Below, in pieces: positions 1 to 9,236 of a DNA stretch of 64,000 nucleotides. The stretch comes from an uncultured Pelagibacteraceae bacterium (GTDB taxonomy: Bacteria > Pseudomonadota > Alphaproteobacteria > Pelagibacterales > AG-422-B15): the NCBI GenBank assembly GCA_902523455.1, contig CABYZG010000003.1, positions 1,625 to 65,624 on the forward strand. The letters are read 5' to 3'. Made by a program: the position numbers and the translations under genes. Under the pieces are notes generated by a model. It was not told where the DNA came from, made no database searches, and saw only the letters and a program-made list of their open reading frames with translations. Position 1 is the first letter of the stretch; each line of letters begins with the position of its first letter.

Positions 1-2
1 CT

Positions 3-608
3 TACAATCAAAGACCGCTAGAGCATGGAATTGACATTGTTAATCACTCGACAACAAAATATATCAACGGTCACTCCGATGTTATTGGTGGAGCATTGGT
101 AATTGGAAAGAATAGAAAACTTGAGAAAAAATTAGCCCTAATACAAAATTCTACGGGCGCCGTTCCAAGTCCTTTTGATTGTTTTCTTACCTTGAGAGGA
201 ATTAAAACACTAGCTATTAGAATGAAAAAACATAATGAAAATGGAATTAAAGTTGCTCGCTTTTTAAGATCACATAAAAAAGCATTAAACGTAACGTACC
301 CTGGATTACCAAATCATAAACAGAAAGATATTGCACAGAAACAAATGAACGGTTTTGGTGGAATGATCACTTTTATCTATGATGGGAATATGTCAGAAAT
401 ATCCAAATTTATGCGTAAATTAAGAATTTTTACTATAGCTGAGAGTTTGGGGGGAGTTGAGTCTTTAATTGAGTCCCCTGCTTTAATGACACATGCATAT
501 TTAGACGATAAATCCTTTAATCAAGTACCCAAAAAGCTTGTCAGATTATCTGTTGGCATAGAAGACAGTGATGATCTTATAGAGGACTTAAATCAAGCTT
601 TTAAATAA
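3..608 (+). CDS. Cystathionine gamma-synthase/lyase family PLP enzyme (5'-partial)
   Basis: Frame is open from base 3 (YNQRPLEHGIDIVNHSTTKYINGHSDVIGG, PLP-lysine motif); C-terminal AESLGGVESLIESPALMTH and LVRLSVGIED. Confidence 0.9.
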   Translation, partial: YNQRPLEHGIDIVNHSTTKYINGHSDVIGGALVIGKNRKLEKKLALIQNSTGAVPSPFDCFLTLRGIKTLAIRMKKHNENGIKVARFLRSHKKALNVTYPGLPNHKQKDIAQKQMNGFGGMITFIYDGNMSEISKFMRKLRIFTIAESLGGVESLIESPALMTHAYLDDKSFNQVPKKLVRLSVGIEDSDDLIEDLNQAFK

Positions 609-1508
609 TTAATATGTACAAATTACAGCATTTACAATAGATGCTATTCTAGATTTTTCATCATCTGATCTACTTGTTATAACAACAGGACTTTTACCGC
701 CAATTACAAATCCTCCAGCAGTAGCGTTCGCAAAATGTACAAGAGATTTTACGAGTGCATTTCCTGTTTCTATATTTGGAACAATAATAACATTGGCATT
801 ACCTGGAACTTTCCCTAGTGTTCCTTTTATTTTTGCGGATTCTTGTGAAATAGCATTATCCAAAGCAAAAGGTCCTTCAACAGGAGTATCTGAGTAATTA
901 CTTTTTGCCCATTCAACGAGATCATGTGCTTCAATAGAGCTTGGCATTTGCTTTAGTTTCTCTTCGGTTGCTGATAAAACGGCAACATATGGATCGAAAG
1001 AAGAAATTTTTTTAATGTAATCGAGTACATTCGATAAAATATGTTTTTTTGTCTCTAAACTTGGGGATATATTCAAAGCACCATCAGTAATAATAATTGG
1101 ATTACGTGAATCATTTGGAAAAGTCATAAACCAAATGTGGCTTAAGCGCTTTCCCCTTATTCTTAAATTATATTCTTTTTTTATATACTCGCCCATCAAA
1201 ACATCTGTATGAAGATGGCCTTTTATGATTATATTTTTTTCTAAACCGGTGTCCCTACTCGCTACCTCACAGGCAATTTTTGATGACTCTTCTTCTGAAT
1301 AACTCTCAATTAATTTATCTTTTGATAATGACCACTCATGCTTATCAATGAAGGCTGTCATAAATTCAATATTTCCTATGAGTACTGGATTTATTAATTT
1401 TTGACTTTCTGCATCCATAATTGTCTTTAGAATCAAATCATTATTAGCATTTGCAACTATACCTCGAGTAATTCTATTTTTGTCAATATAATCAATATTT
1501 TGTATCAT
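609..1508 (-). CDS. Phosphate acetyl/butyryltransferase family protein
   Basis: KGHLHTD, DGALNISP, EGPFALDNAIS, IVPNIETGNAL, PVVITSRSD motifs. Confidence 0.85.
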   Translation of the reverse strand: MIQNIDYIDKNRITRGIVANANNDLILKTIMDAESQKLINPVLIGNIEFMTAFIDKHEWSLSKDKLIESYSEEESSKIACEVASRDTGLEKNIIIKGHLHTDVLMGEYIKKEYNLRIRGKRLSHIWFMTFPNDSRNPIIITDGALNISPSLETKKHILSNVLDYIKKISSFDPYVAVLSATEEKLKQMPSSIEAHDLVEWAKSNYSDTPVEGPFALDNAISQESAKIKGTLGKVPGNANVIIVPNIETGNALVKSLVHFANATAGGFVIGGKSPVVITSRSDDEKSRIASIVNAVICTY

Positions 1509-1581
1509 TTTAATAAAGTAAATTTTTAGTAATAATTAATATTAAAGTATTATTTGAATATAATATTATAATATACTGATT

Positions 1582-1704
1582 TTACTTAATATTTTTAAAA
1601 AAATTGAATAAATACGCTCCCACTATCAAAATCAAAATAATGAATGAAAATGCATAAAATATAAGTGAAAGGTCTTGAAATAGTGAAATTAAAAACTCTA
1701 TCAC
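1582..1704 (-). CDS. Putative 40-aa single-TM small protein (not in ORF track)
   Basis: Hand translation from GTG: MIEFLISLFQDLSLIFYAFSFIILILIVGAYLFNFFKNIK; starts 1 nt after the stop of the upstream sORF. Confidence 0.35.
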   Translation of the reverse strand: MIEFLISLFQDLSLIFYAFSFIILILIVGAYLFNFFKNIK

Positions 1705-1705
1705 T

Positions 1706-1789
1706 TTATGCAAAAATCAGTGTCAATGCCCAATAAAGTAGATATAAGAATGAGATCGTTACTAGGCCACCTATTATCCAGTCTAACAT
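1706..1789 (-). CDS. Putative 27-aa single-TM small protein (not in ORF track)
   Basis: Hand translation MLDWIIGGLVTISFLYLLYWALTLIFA. Confidence 0.4.
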   Translation of the reverse strand: MLDWIIGGLVTISFLYLLYWALTLIFA

Positions 1790-1828
1790 ACGATAATTTT
1801 AACATAATTTTGCAAATATTACATAAAT

Positions 1829-3019
1829 ATGAATAGAGAATACGATTTAATAATCTATGGGGCATCTGGTTTTACCGGAAGATTAGCTGTTGAGTACTTA
1901 GATGAAAACTATAGCGACCTAAATTGGGCTATAGCGGGACGTAATGAGGATAAATTAGTCAACATATCCAAAAATAGTGAGTGTAAACCTGATTATTTTA
2001 TTGCAGACAGTGAAGATAATGAAAATTTGCTAAGAATTGCTTCCAAAACGCGTGTTATTGCATCTTTAGCTGGTCCATTTAACAAGTATAGTAATAATTT
2101 AGTTACACAATGCGTTGAAGCTGGAACTCATTATTTAGACATTACTGGGGAAAATATATGGGTACGTGATCTTATTGATAAACATCACGAGGCAGCAGAA
2201 AAAAAGCAAATAAAAATTATTCCATCATGTGGTTATGACTCTATTCCATCAGATATGGGGTGCTTTTACTTGCAAAGAAGTCTCAATCAAGAGTTACAGA
2301 GAATTGATGGTTATCATCGAGGTAATGGAGGTGTAAGTGGTGGTACGATTGAAAGTGCATTTTCCATGCGTAACTACAAAAGCAAATATTCAATGGGACA
2401 TCCATTTTTACTCAATTCAAAGGAATATATAAAAACTCAAAATATTTCTGAAAATAAGGATAATTTCAAAATAAAATACATCGATGATATTAAATTATGG
2501 TCTGCGCCCTTTGTTATGGCAATTGCAAACACTAGAGTTGTTAGAAGAAGCTCTGAAATCCATGATAAAAATCAGGCAAGTTATGGAAGTGAATTTAAAT
2601 ATCAAGAATATATGATGTTAAAAAAATACAGTTCTGCATTTCTTGTGACAGCCGGACTTGCTGTTTTTGGGCTGATGTTAATAAGTCCAATAAGTGGTCT
2701 CTTTAGAAAATTATTTACTAAAGCTGGTAATGGACCTGATAAAAAAACAAGAGAAAATGGTTGGTTTGAGAGTATTTTTATCGGAAAAAATAAAAATAAC
2801 GAAAAATATAAAGTGAGGATGTTTTGCAAAGGTGATCCCGGTTATAAATCAACTGCTAAATTAATATGCGAGTCCGCTCTATGTCTTGCATTAAATAGTG
2901 AAAATCTCCCCAATACCAACGCTGGTGGTGTCTTAACTACTTCAACTGGCCTAGGGTCAACATTAATTGATAGATTAAAAAATGCTGACGTATTATTTGA
3001 AGGTCCAAGTAAAATATAG
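1829..3019 (+). CDS. Saccharopine dehydrogenase-like / trans-acting enoyl reductase family oxidoreductase
   Basis: IYGASGFTG Rossmann motif, AGPF, HYLDITGE, CGYDSIPSD. Confidence 0.85.
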   Translation: MNREYDLIIYGASGFTGRLAVEYLDENYSDLNWAIAGRNEDKLVNISKNSECKPDYFIADSEDNENLLRIASKTRVIASLAGPFNKYSNNLVTQCVEAGTHYLDITGENIWVRDLIDKHHEAAEKKQIKIIPSCGYDSIPSDMGCFYLQRSLNQELQRIDGYHRGNGGVSGGTIESAFSMRNYKSKYSMGHPFLLNSKEYIKTQNISENKDNFKIKYIDDIKLWSAPFVMAIANTRVVRRSSEIHDKNQASYGSEFKYQEYMMLKKYSSAFLVTAGLAVFGLMLISPISGLFRKLFTKAGNGPDKKTRENGWFESIFIGKNKNNEKYKVRMFCKGDPGYKSTAKLICESALCLALNSENLPNTNAGGVLTTSTGLGSTLIDRLKNADVLFEGPSKI

Positions 3020-3098
3020 ATCGTTAAGATAACCCAAAATGGGTATTTATAAGCTTTAATTTTAAACCATATTATTAGATAATTAATTTAAAGCCCAA

Positions 3099-3125
3099 TG
3101 TAGGTGCGGTTTTTCTGCACCTACA
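3099..3125. terminator. 11-bp hairpin (terminator-like, no clear U-tract)
   Basis: TGTAGGTGCGG-TTTTT-CTGCACCTACA, one G-U pair. Confidence 0.5.
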
Positions 3126-3151
3126 AATTAACACTTGGAGAAATCACTTAT

Positions 3152-3436
3152 ATGGTACAAAATGAAACTGGAATGTTTGTCATGCCATATAAAAAACTTG
3201 ATAACAGCAAAACTGATATGGATGAAGAGCTGGTAAATAAAATTAAGGAAATTTCAAAATTAAGAAAATCTATCTCAATAGATTTAAAAACCATCGCTTC
3301 AAAAACAAAAATCTCTACAAATCAACTAAAGAACATAGAATCGTTTAAATTCGATCGCTTGCCTCCAAATCCAATGAGATCAGCTTTTATTGATCAGTAT
3401 TGCACTGAAGTAGAAAAGCTTAATAAAATCTCTTAG
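3152..3436 (+). CDS. Stand-alone RodZ-like XRE helix-turn-helix protein
   Basis: LRKSISIDLKTIASKTKISTNQLKNIESFKFDRLP; start moved to ATG 3152, which follows GGAG (the caller's GTG lies inside the hairpin). Confidence 0.6.
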   Translation: MVQNETGMFVMPYKKLDNSKTDMDEELVNKIKEISKLRKSISIDLKTIASKTKISTNQLKNIESFKFDRLPPNPMRSAFIDQYCTEVEKLNKIS

Positions 3437-3888
3437 ATATAATTTCTCTTAAGAAGCCTGTTATACAAATAAGCAAAAACAACAATTATAAAAGCCCCAA
3501 CAGCAACAGGTAAGAAAACAAAGCTTATACTCTGGCCAGTTAATATCACAATTATTGGGTTTGCTCCTGCTGGAGGATGTACGGTGTTAGTCATCATCAT
3601 TACAAAAACAGCTAAAGCCACTCCTAAGCCTAACGAGATAAACGTATTACCGAGAAGATAAAAAATAATTACCCCAGACAATGCTGATAGTATATGGCCA
3701 AGAATTAAATTTTTAGGTTTTGCTAGTGGGCTATCATATACAGCCATGACTAAAACCATTGATGCGCCAAAGGGCGGTATAAGCCATATCGCACCTTCAA
3801 TAGAAGAATTTAAATATGCTAAAAATCCTATACACACAAAAGCTCCTAATGAACTAAATAATGCATTGATCAAAGCTTGTTTATTCAT
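3433..3888 (-). CDS. HPP family membrane protein
   Basis: PPFGASMVLV, SPLAKP, TVHPPAGANP. Confidence 0.9.
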   Translation of the reverse strand: MNKQALINALFSSLGAFVCIGFLAYLNSSIEGAIWLIPPFGASMVLVMAVYDSPLAKPKNLILGHILSALSGVIIFYLLGNTFISLGLGVALAVFVMMMTNTVHPPAGANPIIVILTGQSISFVFLPVAVGAFIIVVFAYLYNRLLKRNYI

Positions 3889-3896
3889 TAATTTAA

Positions 3897-4301
3897 TTGT
3901 CTATGATAAAACTCTATTTGACTACCCTATTTTACTTTTTGATAATAGATACAATCGGTATTCAAACATTTGTTGTACGTATTTATAATAAAAATCTTCC
4001 AGATAATCTAAAAATTAATCTCGATATAACTTCCGCTGTAATTTTTTATCTAATATTTGTACTCGGGCTAGTTTATTTTGTAGTGGCTCCATTTAAGAAT
4101 GCTTCTTTAACAAGTGTAATAGTGCCAGCTGCTATGTATGGACTTGCTACTTACGCAACATATGCACTAACTGTAAAAGCGGTGTTTAATGTATTTAACT
4201 GGACTATTGTTATTTCAGATATTGCATGGGGTATGGCACTTTGTACTGCAATTTCACTACTGACTGTATATACAATCAGCAAAGTTGGATTTCTAAATTA
4301 A
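3897..4301 (+). CDS. DUF2177 family membrane protein
   Basis: AMYGLATYATYALT...W...DIAWG pattern. Confidence 0.8.
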   Translation: MSMIKLYLTTLFYFLIIDTIGIQTFVVRIYNKNLPDNLKINLDITSAVIFYLIFVLGLVYFVVAPFKNASLTSVIVPAAMYGLATYATYALTVKAVFNVFNWTIVISDIAWGMALCTAISLLTVYTISKVGFLN

Positions 4302-4344
4302 TTATTGTTTTAAATAATAAATTCAATAAATTAATTTCTTCAAG

Positions 4345-4436
<92 letters not shown>

Positions 4437-4446
4437 AGAATTCCTA

Positions 4447-4755
4447 TTAGCCTGCTCTATCAGACCTTTTTTGACCAAGACTAGCATCAACCCATGTTTC
4501 ATCCATCACGCAAGATGCAGCATCACCTAAATCAAAAAATGCCTTCATTGCCTCACCCGTAGGCTCAGCTCCAATTCCCCATGAGCCTGTTTCAGCTTCA
4601 ACTACGAATGCAACCATATTTGGATTTGGCCAATAGAACTTTGCTGAATGAACTCCATCAGTACTTTTTGCAACCTTACACAAATTCAATGCAGCTGTTC
4701 CCAGTTTATCTCTGCTTGCATTTTCTTGTCTTTCCCATTTGCTTATGTGTAACAT
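4447..4755 (-). CDS. Hypothetical protein (102 aa, soluble)
   Basis: Clean ORF with GGAG SD upstream; no family recognised. Confidence 0.65.
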   Translation of the reverse strand: MLHISKWERQENASRDKLGTAALNLCKVAKSTDGVHSAKFYWPNPNMVAFVVEAETGSWGIGAEPTGEAMKAFFDLGDAASCVMDETWVDASLGQKRSDRAG

Positions 4756-4872
4756 AAGATCTCCTTTGTAAACAAATTATTGATTGACTTTATGTTAAGT
4801 ATGAAATTTGAGTGAGTAATTAGTATATTTTAACACTAATACTTATGTATTAATATTTTACGATCTAAATAC

Positions 4873-6543
4873 TTACCTTTGATAAATCTGATAGTTAGGA
4901 CTTTGCCAAGTTTTTAATTCTATTCGGGGCAGAGGCTTATCACCCAATATATTGTCACTTATTTTCTCAGCAATCATAATTGTTGGTGCATTTGTATTTC
5001 CATTTGTCGCAAAAGGCATAATCGAAGCATCAACAACACGCAAACTATTGAAACCGTGAACTCTGCCTTGATTATCAACAACTGCATATTTATCTGTTTT
5101 TAACCCCATGCGTGCCGTGCAGCACAAGTGCCATTGACTCGTAATGTTGGAATTTAATTTTGCATCAAGTTCGTCATCTGATTTGAAGTTTTCACCAGGA
5201 AAGATTTCATCACCCTTTATGTTTGAAAAAGCAGGTTGATTAAGTAGTTCGCGCGCCAAATGAATGCCCTTTCGTAACAATTCTCTATCACGTTTGTCTT
5301 TGAGATAATTGACAAGAATACGAGGCGGATCAGCAGGATTTTTTGATCGTAATTCGATCTTACCACGACTGTGAGTTCGCATCAAACCGACGTGAACTTG
5401 AAATGCATGTTCTTGAAGCAGTTCCCAACTATTGTCTTTCATGGCAATTGGTGAAATACATAATTGTAAATCAGGGTACTCAACACCAGGTGCTGATCTT
5501 ACACATGCAACAGTATCGAAGTGATTGGATGCACACATACCCTCTTTAGTTATTAGCCATTGTATACCAGATCCTATACTACTTAATCTCTTTGTTTTTG
5601 GCCAAAGTGAAACAGGTTTTAAGCATTTATATTTCATTATAAAATCAGGATGATCTTGAAGATTTTGTCCAACACCCTGTAAATCAGCTAATGTTTTAAC
5701 TCCTATTGAATCTAAATGCTCTTTTGGCCCAATTCCTGAGAGCATAAGTATGTGTGGTGATCCAACTGCACCAGCACTCAGAATTACTTCTTTTTTTGCC
5801 TTTACATTTACTGTTTCATTATTTTTATTTTTAAAACATATGCCTTCTGCTGTGTTATCTTTAAAACTTAAATTGCAAACAAGCGCATTTGTTAAAATTG
5901 TTAAGTTTTTTCTATTACGTATCGGATCAAGGTAACCCTTTGATGCGCTCCATCGCTCACCGTTGAATACTGTCCGATCAAATATACCAAAACCTTCTTG
6001 GCAAAATCCACTTATATCATCTGTTTCTTTATATCCTGCTTCTTTTCCTGCATTAATAAAAGCCAGTGAAAGTGGGTCTTTGGGAATGCTTCTATGTACC
6101 TTTAATGGACCTGACTCACCTCGAAAATCATCCCCTCCTCCACTGTAACATTCCATTTTCTTAAAATATGGCAAGACATCTGCATATCCCCATCCATCGC
6201 ATCCCATTTGTCTCCAACCTTCATAATCAAGTGTGTTTCCTCTTATATAGACCATTCCATTTATTGATGATGAGCCACCAATGGTTTTACCACGGTCATG
6301 TTGAAGTTGACGGCCATTTAGTTCGGGTTCTGGCTCACCTTTAAATGCCCAATTGTGTTTAGTACTTTTGAGATTCGATAAAACGGCAGCAGGCATCTTT
6401 AAGGTTAAGGATTTGTCTTCCCCGCCCGCTTCAAGAAGAAGGACAGTATTCTTTGAATTTGAGGTCAATCTATTCGCTAATACACAGCCAGCAGATCCAG
6501 CGCCTACAATGATATAGTCGTATTCAGTATCGATTTTTAACAT
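4873..6543 (-). CDS. betA: Choline dehydrogenase-like GMC oxidoreductase
   Basis: YDYIIVGAGSAGCVLANRL, GGSSSINGMVYIRG, LRVVDASIMP, GNTNAPTIMIAEK; substrate not proven. Confidence 0.75.
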   Translation of the reverse strand: MLKIDTEYDYIIVGAGSAGCVLANRLTSNSKNTVLLLEAGGEDKSLTLKMPAAVLSNLKSTKHNWAFKGEPEPELNGRQLQHDRGKTIGGSSSINGMVYIRGNTLDYEGWRQMGCDGWGYADVLPYFKKMECYSGGGDDFRGESGPLKVHRSIPKDPLSLAFINAGKEAGYKETDDISGFCQEGFGIFDRTVFNGERWSASKGYLDPIRNRKNLTILTNALVCNLSFKDNTAEGICFKNKNNETVNVKAKKEVILSAGAVGSPHILMLSGIGPKEHLDSIGVKTLADLQGVGQNLQDHPDFIMKYKCLKPVSLWPKTKRLSSIGSGIQWLITKEGMCASNHFDTVACVRSAPGVEYPDLQLCISPIAMKDNSWELLQEHAFQVHVGLMRTHSRGKIELRSKNPADPPRILVNYLKDKRDRELLRKGIHLARELLNQPAFSNIKGDEIFPGENFKSDDELDAKLNSNITSQWHLCCTARMGLKTDKYAVVDNQGRVHGFNSLRVVDASIMPFATNGNTNAPTIMIAEKISDNILGDKPLPRIELKTWQSPNYQIYQR

Positions 6544-6661
6544 AATAAATTACTTTTTTTATACTTCTCAATATTTTTTGACTAGCAAATTATTTAATAT
6601 CAAATCTTATAGAACAATTAATATATTTTATTACTAAAACTTATGTACTAATATTTTATCG

Positions 6662-7609
6662 ATGGCAAAAGAAAATAATTTTTTAGCAATAGCTTATATT
6701 TTAATGGGTATGACTGCATTTGCATTTCAAGATACTGCAGTAAGATTATTAGCTGTTGATATTTCAATACTTCAGGTCATGTTTGCAAGAAGTGTCATCG
6801 CTATTGTTCTTCTTGTACTATTTTTTTATTTTACAGACCAAAAACTAATTTGGAAAACTCATTACCCAAAGTTAACAATCTTTAGAACAATAATGTTTAT
6901 TTTTGCGTTCGTATTTTATTATATTGGTCTTGCGTACTTGTCTTTTGCAGTTACAACGGCTCTTTTTTTTACAGCACCATTCTTTATTACTATATTTTCA
7001 TCTATTTTTCTTAAAGAAAAAGTTGGCATCATTAGATGGCTGACAATTATTTATGGTTTTGCAGGTGTAATGCTCATTGTTTCACCAGATTTCGAGACCA
7101 TTAATATATTCATGATATTTCCAATACTATGTGCTGCAGGATATTCTGGCAGTATGATTATAATAAAATATACATCAAATGAGGATAATGTTTACACACA
7201 AACACTTCATGTATACATCGCTACTATAATTTTATGTCCCATAATTACCTATTCTGGTTTTTATTTTGATATGGATAATTCTGGAAATGAAATTTTAGAA
7301 TTTTTATTTAGATATTGGTCCTTCAATGACGCAACAACTCTCTTGATGTTATTTTTAGTTGGTGTTTGTGTAATTTTTGGTTTTGTATTTATTTTTAACG
7401 CATATCGATACGGTAAACCTTATATTGTTGCACCATTTGAGTATGTATTTTTAATTTGGGCTGTACTATTGGGCTGGTTTATTTGGAGTGAAACTGTTTC
7501 ATTGAGAACAATAATTGGTATATTAATTATTGTTTCAGCGGGAATATTTATTTTGTATAGGGAGAAAATTAAAGAACAAGAAATAACAACAGACCAACCG
7601 TTAAGATAA
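6662..7609 (+). CDS. DMT/EamA family transporter
   Basis: About 10 TM helices, FFTAPFFITIFS..FLKEKVG..RW, APFEY. Confidence 0.88.
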   Translation: MAKENNFLAIAYILMGMTAFAFQDTAVRLLAVDISILQVMFARSVIAIVLLVLFFYFTDQKLIWKTHYPKLTIFRTIMFIFAFVFYYIGLAYLSFAVTTALFFTAPFFITIFSSIFLKEKVGIIRWLTIIYGFAGVMLIVSPDFETINIFMIFPILCAAGYSGSMIIIKYTSNEDNVYTQTLHVYIATIILCPIITYSGFYFDMDNSGNEILEFLFRYWSFNDATTLLMLFLVGVCVIFGFVFIFNAYRYGKPYIVAPFEYVFLIWAVLLGWFIWSETVSLRTIIGILIIVSAGIFILYREKIKEQEITTDQPLR

Positions 7610-7610
7610 C

Positions 7611-8096
7611 TCAGTCTCTAAAATTAATATATTGAAGAGGTAATTCTAATTTTAGTTCTTTAATTTTCGATATTGCTTCTTGTAAATTGTCTTTTTTTGC
7701 GCCACTTATTCTCAGCTCATTTCCTTGAATTTTTGCTTGCACCTTCAATTTTGACTCTTTGATTGATTTTGTAATTTTTTTCCCCACCTCTTGATCAATA
7801 CCTTCCATTAGATCGTAATTTTGTCTGATTGTATTGCCAGATGCACTTTCAGATGATTTTAGTTTTATTACTTTTGGGTCAACGTTACGTTTTATTAAAT
7901 TTGAAATTAAAATATCTAATACCTGTTTAGCCTTCATTTCGTCCTCAGAAAGCAAGATAATCCCTCCCTCAGTTCTCTCCAATTTGGAGGCAGAACCTTT
8001 AAAGTCATATCTCTGTCCAATTTCCTTCATTGAATTAGATATAGCATTATCAACCTCCTGCATTTCAACTCTGCTAACAACATCGAAACTAGGCAC
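7611..8096 (-). CDS. yajQ: YajQ family nucleotide/c-di-GMP-binding protein
   Basis: MPSFDVVS, RYDFKGS, KVQAKIQGNELRISG, LPLQYINFRD. Confidence 0.93.
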   Translation of the reverse strand: MPSFDVVSRVEMQEVDNAISNSMKEIGQRYDFKGSASKLERTEGGIILLSEDEMKAKQVLDILISNLIKRNVDPKVIKLKSSESASGNTIRQNYDLMEGIDQEVGKKITKSIKESKLKVQAKIQGNELRISGAKKDNLQEAISKIKELKLELPLQYINFRD

Positions 8097-9229
8097 TATA
8101 ATAGAACTCCTTTATTTTCTAATTCTTTGATTTGTTCCTCAGAAAAACCAATATCAAGCATTATGCTTTTGTTATCTTGACCAACTTCTGGTGCAGGCAA
8201 TGGTTTTTCGGATGGAGTAACACTAAAACGTGGTGCCGGTGATGGTTGGCGTACATCGTTAATATTTACAAAATTATCACGCGCTTTCATGTGTTTATGA
8301 TTAGCTGCCTCTTCGATAGAGAGAACTGGTGAATAACAAACATCAGACCCTTCAAAGATTTCATCCCATTCATCCCTTGTTTTAGTTTTAAATATTTCAG
8401 CTAATTTAATTTTCATATTATCCCACTGATCTAATTGCATTTGATTTTTAAATTCATCACCAAGATTTAATTTCTCAATTAAGAGTTGGTAAAATTGAGG
8501 CTCTAAAGATCCTATTGAAACGTGCATGTTGTCTTTTGTCTCATAGACTTGATAAAAGGGCGCGCCACCATCAAATAAATTATTACCTCTATTATTTACA
8601 TTCCACAGTCCTGACTGAGATAAACTATGAAATATTGACGTAAGAACCGAAACTCCATCAATCATAGCGGCATCAACTACTTGACCTTTACCTGTTCTAT
8701 TCGCTGACAGTAAAGCTGCGCATACGCCAAATGCAAGAAACATAGTGCCTCCACCATAATCACCAATTAAATTGAGGGGTATTGATGGTTTATTTTCACC
8801 CCAAATTGAATATAGAGCGCCTGCTAGTGCGATATAATTAATATCATGGCCAGCCGCCTGTGCTAGAGGACCATTTTGACCCCAACCTGTAATTCTGCCA
8901 TAAACTAACTTTTCATTTTGTTTTAAACATTCTTCAGGTCCAATCCCTAGTTTTTCAGTTACCCCTGGTCGATAACCTTCTACTAGTGCGTCTGCATTTT
9001 TTATTAATTTAAATAAAACCTCTTTAGACGCGGGATCCTTTAAATTTAAACAAATGGATTTCTTACTTCTTCCTGTAATATCAAATTTTGGTTGTTGATT
9101 AGGCATAACGGTATTTTTTCTATCAACACGAATAACTTCAGCACCAAGATCGGCAAACAACATTCCGCATAATGGTCCTGGTCCAATCCCTGACAATTCG
9201 ATTATCTTATATCCAGATAAAACGCCCAT
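8096..9229 (-). CDS. CaiB/BaiF CoA-transferase family III (alpha-methylacyl-CoA racemase-like)
   Basis: GIGPGPLCGM, EGYRPGVTEKLGIG, AGHDINYIA, LIGDYGGG; probable start MGVLSG at 9229. Confidence 0.9.
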   Translation of the reverse strand: MGVLSGYKIIELSGIGPGPLCGMLFADLGAEVIRVDRKNTVMPNQQPKFDITGRSKKSICLNLKDPASKEVLFKLIKNADALVEGYRPGVTEKLGIGPEECLKQNEKLVYGRITGWGQNGPLAQAAGHDINYIALAGALYSIWGENKPSIPLNLIGDYGGGTMFLAFGVCAALLSANRTGKGQVVDAAMIDGVSVLTSIFHSLSQSGLWNVNNRGNNLFDGGAPFYQVYETKDNMHVSIGSLEPQFYQLLIEKLNLGDEFKNQMQLDQWDNMKIKLAEIFKTKTRDEWDEIFEGSDVCYSPVLSIEEAANHKHMKARDNFVNINDVRQPSPAPRFSVTPSEKPLPAPEVGQDNKSIMLDIGFSEEQIKELENKGVLL

Positions 9230-9236
9230 GTTTCTA

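Noticed and set aside
1706-1789. kdpF assignment
   Set aside because: No kdpABC nearby and the typical C-terminal PE(R/K)F is missing
4873-6543. betA linked to PhnZ as a TmpAB-type trimethylammonium-phosphonate pathway
   Set aside because: About 15 kb apart with unrelated genes between, no TmpA present, and no Pho box at betA
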